From Mobula hypostoma (lineage: Eukaryota): a stretch of 64,000 bases of DNA. Below, in pieces: positions 60,389 to 64,000 of the stretch (position 1 is its first letter; every line of letters begins with the position of its first letter). The notes under the pieces are model-generated. The model saw nothing but the letters and a program-made list of their open reading frames with translations, made no database searches and was not told the DNA's origin. The position numbers were made by a program, and so were the translations under genes. The stretch is from positions 47,058,001 through 47,122,000 of the forward strand of contig NC_086118.1 in assembly GCF_963921235.1 (NCBI RefSeq), in the 5' to 3' direction.

Positions 60389-61114
60389 GTATTGGATTCA
60401 CTTCATTAAATAAGAGATAAACAGGAAGACTTGTAACTTTCAAATTTTAGTGGCCATACTAGCCAAAAAGTAAAGGAAAGATTTGGAAAAATATGTACTC
60501 TGTAAAAATTCACAGAACCTGTGAGTTTATGCCCTTAACTGTTGAAGTGTATACCCAAAATGAGAAGTTTAACAGTGGAAATGCAAGTACATAAATCTTC
60601 TCTTTGTAATTTAACGTTCTGTTAAAAAAAAGTTTGATCAAGATGCATTTCAGTCACTGGGCTCTGTTTGAAGGCTAACAAAAGGCAGCCTACAATCACT
60701 AAATAAAAATTGTCATGTTACATATAACTTTAAATGTTACTAAATACAGTGGGCACTGCTAAAACCTTTTGGAGCAAATTTCCACACCACTTACAGTAAA
60801 GCTCTATAATTGAGGCTTGATGACCTTTCCTTGAGTTAGATCATTTGGATCCCATGTTAGAATGGCTTCCATCTATCCTTGTTCTCCCTCTCCTTTTGGT
60901 CTTCAATGGGTCTTGGTGCAAGTTGTACAATGCACTGATAGAAAATAAGCATAAAAAGGCAGGATTCCAAACACATTTTATTGCTATCATAATATTTGCA
61001 CTGTGCCCACTGTAGTTATTTGTGTATATTTGAAGGAAAATCGAGCATCAGAAATATAAGTCAAAGATCAGTTAATTGTAAATTATTTACAGACATGAAT
61101 TCTCTATTTTACAG

Positions 61115-61462
61115 GTGTTGAATCAGCTGGATAACATTTGGAGTGTCATGGAATTCGAACATGAACGTCATCCCCGGACAGGAATTATGTTGTTGAAAAG
61201 CAGTGATGAACTTGTAGAGACATTAGAGGACAATCAAGTACAGTTACAGAACCTAATATCTTCTAAATTCATTGCATATTTCCTTAAGCAGGTCTCCAGC
61301 TGGCAGAATAAGTTGTCCACAGCAGACTCTGTCATTGGTATCTGGTTTGAAGTACAGAGAACTTGGATGCACCTTGAGAGTATTTTTATAGGTTCTGAAG
61401 ACATCCGTACTCAGCTGCCTGAGGATTCCAAGCGCTTTGAGTCCATTGATATTGATTTTAAA
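61115..61462 (+). CDS. DNAH17: Dynein heavy chain exon 14 in window
   Basis: ttttacag acceptor, GTAAGT donor; VLNQLDNIWSVMEFEHERHPRTG...LEDNQVQLQNL...WFEVQRTWMHLESIFIGSEDIRTQLPEDSKRFESIDIDFK; 348 nt. Confidence 0.94.
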
Positions 61463-62566
61463 GTAAGTTGGCTTTATGGATAAAAACATGCTTCTGTGAA
61501 ATCTTGATTATACTTTGCCATTCATTTCTTTCACTTCAGTGTAACCTTGAGAATGAATAAGTAAATGAAGTATAGATGGAGGTAATAATTGCAAGCAAGA
61601 GATTTAACGCAGAAAGCTAAATGAACAATCAATGCTTCTTCCAAAGCAAAATATTCAAATACACTTTGGAAATGACAATTTTAAACTTCTTAGGCCAGTG
61701 AACTGGCACATTCAGAAATACAAAATTGAATTACTTATTTAAGCAATGAATTTTGAGGTAGAATTTACTGTAACTGATAATTTTGACAGAGTTTGCTCAA
61801 AAAACAGATGATTCCCCTCCAGCAATGCATATATCATTATAGAAGTACCTCATAAATGTTAGATCATTGTTTTATTGCCATTCATGTTGTTGATTCTATT
61901 TTAATTTTTCCATTTTTGATGCTATCAAAGTTATATAATTCTCAAATTAACAAAGTTTTATATTTCATATACCTATTTATATAATAATTGTTTCAACAAT
62001 TTAATTCGTCAGGGTATGAAGTTATTTTTCAGTTAAGTAAAGAGTGTTAAGCATTGCTGAAGAAGGATAATTGCTTAGAGCCAAAGGTGTTGTTTGCTTT
62101 GCTTAGGGGCTAAATTAGTTATCTCCTAAGAATAATTATGAGCTTCATGGGACATCAATAATTTTCCTGTATTATTTCTGATTTGGGAAGCACACCAAAT
62201 TTGTGTTTCTTGTTCAATTATAATGATTTCTGCAACACTGTTCATTGCATGCTCATTTTCATACTACTTTAAGTCAGTAGATTTCCTTTAAACGGAAGAC
62301 ACTTAGAAGTTAGATCAAGATTAAGTTGAATAGAAAAAAGGAGCGCTATATAGGAGGGAAGATTAGATTGATCTTAGAATATGTTAAAATGTTGGCACAA
62401 CATCGTGGACCAAAGGGTCTGTACTGTGCTGTAACTTTCTTTGTTCTGTAAGACATGCTTATTCTTCCCATTTATGATGCAGTGTAATTAATGTAGGTAT
62501 AACATTTCCACTGAACCAATGACCATGACATGACTAGATAGCCAATTATCATTTTTTACTTTGCAG

Positions 62567-62658
62567 GAAATCTTGGCAGATGCAATAAAAACTCCAAGTG
62601 TAATCGAAGCAACAAATAAACCTGGTTTGTATAACAGATTGGAAGAAATACAGGGACG
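62567..62658 (+). CDS. DNAH17: Dynein heavy chain exon 15 in window
   Basis: ctttgcag acceptor, GTTAGT donor; EILADAIKTPSVIEATNKPGLYNRLEEIQG(R); 92 nt; gene continues beyond window. Confidence 0.9.
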
Positions 62659-63029
62659 GTTAGTAATTTATTAATTTTTACAGTTATATTAATAAAGCAT
62701 TTTCTTTTGCTCTCTGTCATTTCTGGAAAGAACAACCTGATATATTCTCTTTGGCTTAGTGATAGACAGAACAGGAAGATAAATACATGGATAAAAGTCT
62801 GGGTGTGGAGTTTCCATCTCATGAGTTATTGGAAATAAGTATGAGGACAAGCTTCACCTGAACTGAGGTGTCCTAAGGAAATACTAAATAGGATTAAGAT
62901 AAAGGATGTAGTTAGAATATTTGAAAAATCAATACACAAAGAATTGGACGACAGTAAAACAGAGCAGGATTTATAGAGAAAGAAAAGTAAGTGGGATAGC
63001 TGTATGAATTTTTATTTTATTTATTTTTT

Positions 63030-63290
63030 ATTTAGCGATACTGAGCAGAATAGGTCCTTCCAGCCCTTTGAGCTATGCTGTCCCAGCAACTACCCAACAA
63101 TCCCTATTTAACCCTAATCTAATCATGGGATAATATACAATGACCAATTAACCTACCCAATGGTCTGTGGAAAGAAACCGGAACACCGAGGGAAACACAT
63201 GCATTCCCTGAGGAGGGCATACAGACTGTTTATAGATGATGCCAGAATTGAACTCCAAACTCCAATGCCCGTAGCTATAATAGTGTCACA
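63030..63290 (-). mobile_element. Degraded SINE (V-SINE/HE1-like)
   Basis: Minus-strand B-box-like GGAGTTCAATTC, GTGTTTCCCTCGGTGTTCCGGTTTCTTTCCACA core, CR1-like tail, A-rich end. Confidence 0.5.
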
Positions 63291-63634
63291 CTCTCCCATT
63301 ACAGTAGTGTGATAGCATAATGGTAGTGGAGTAAAAGAACATAACTAATTAAAAAAACAGTATTGTCAAAGGAGAAGAGGAAATAAATGCTTTAATTTGG
63401 GTGTTTAATGAATGAAATAAAAGTAAAATAAGAAATTGCAAATGCAATTATAAACTATGAAAAAGGAATTAAGCAAGAAGATAAAATTTCAACAATCCCA
63501 AAATAACTAGAAATAAGAGTTAGAAAACGGAATATTTCTACTTAAGTTACTCCACTTATGTTAGAATTCGTAATGTGAAATGTGTAGATTCTTGGCATGT
63601 TTAGTTCAAAGTTAATTTGTTATCAAAGTACATA

Positions 63635-64000
63635 CAGTGCATATAAAAAGTATTCACCCCTCCCCCTTGGAAGTTTTCATGTTTTATAGTTTCACAACAT
63701 TGAATCACAGTGGATTTAATTTGGCTTTTTTGACATTGATCAACAGAAAAAACCTCTTTTGTGTCAAAGTGAAAACAGATCTCTGCAAAGTGATCTAAAT
63801 TAACTACAAATATAAAACACAATATAATTGATTGCATAAGTATTCACTTCCTTCAAGTCAGTATTTAGCAATTACAGCCTTGAGTCTGTGTAGATATGTC
63901 TCTATCAGCTTTGCATGTCTGGACGCTGCAATTTTCCCCACTCTTCTTTACAAAACTGCTCAAGCTTTGTCAGATTGCTTGGGGGTTGTGAGCAAACAGC
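63635..64000. mobile_element. Tc1-like DNA transposon end (IR/DR type), runs off window
   Basis: TA then CAGTGCATATAAAAAGTATTCACCCC; internal repeat GCATAAGTATTCAC at ~63834..63847. Confidence 0.75.

Noticed and set aside
1-64000. Prokaryotic systems (CRISPR array, operons, defence islands)
   Set aside because: The sequence is a spliced vertebrate gene with eukaryotic TEs; no regularly spaced repeat-spacer array or dense ORFs seen.

Overview
Eukaryotic (vertebrate) genomic DNA. The repeat landscape of CR1, Rex1/Babar, Penelope-like and tRNA-SINE elements suggests a cartilaginous fish such as a ray; this is an inference. The whole window lies inside one + strand gene. Fifteen GT-AG exons (2075..62658) splice with consistent phase into an uninterrupted 2498-nt frame (832 codons) from the tail/linker region of an outer-arm axonemal beta-type dynein heavy chain. 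By recall it resembles DNAH17 more than DNAH9 or DNAH11. The introns are packed with mostly dead, often nested transposable elements. Most notable: (1) a complete Gypsy LTR element (TG..CA ends, 5-bp TSD, PBS) whose pol is replaced by an intronless copy of the host splicing-factor gene RBM25, with a second copy of the chimeric junction 3.2 kb away; (2) eight minimal type I hammerhead-ribozyme motifs carried by Penelope-like element tails, three intact or near-intact and in the sense of the dynein pre-mRNA; (3) a recent 198-bp copy of a dynein splice acceptor plus half exon pasted into a Gypsy integrase remnant upstream of the true exon, ending in an in-frame stop (candidate poison exon); (4) a palindromic Penelope insertion and a twin-primed, 5'-inverted L1, both with TSDs. 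Family names come from motif recognition, not database searches. TE boundaries without a stated TSD are approximate.
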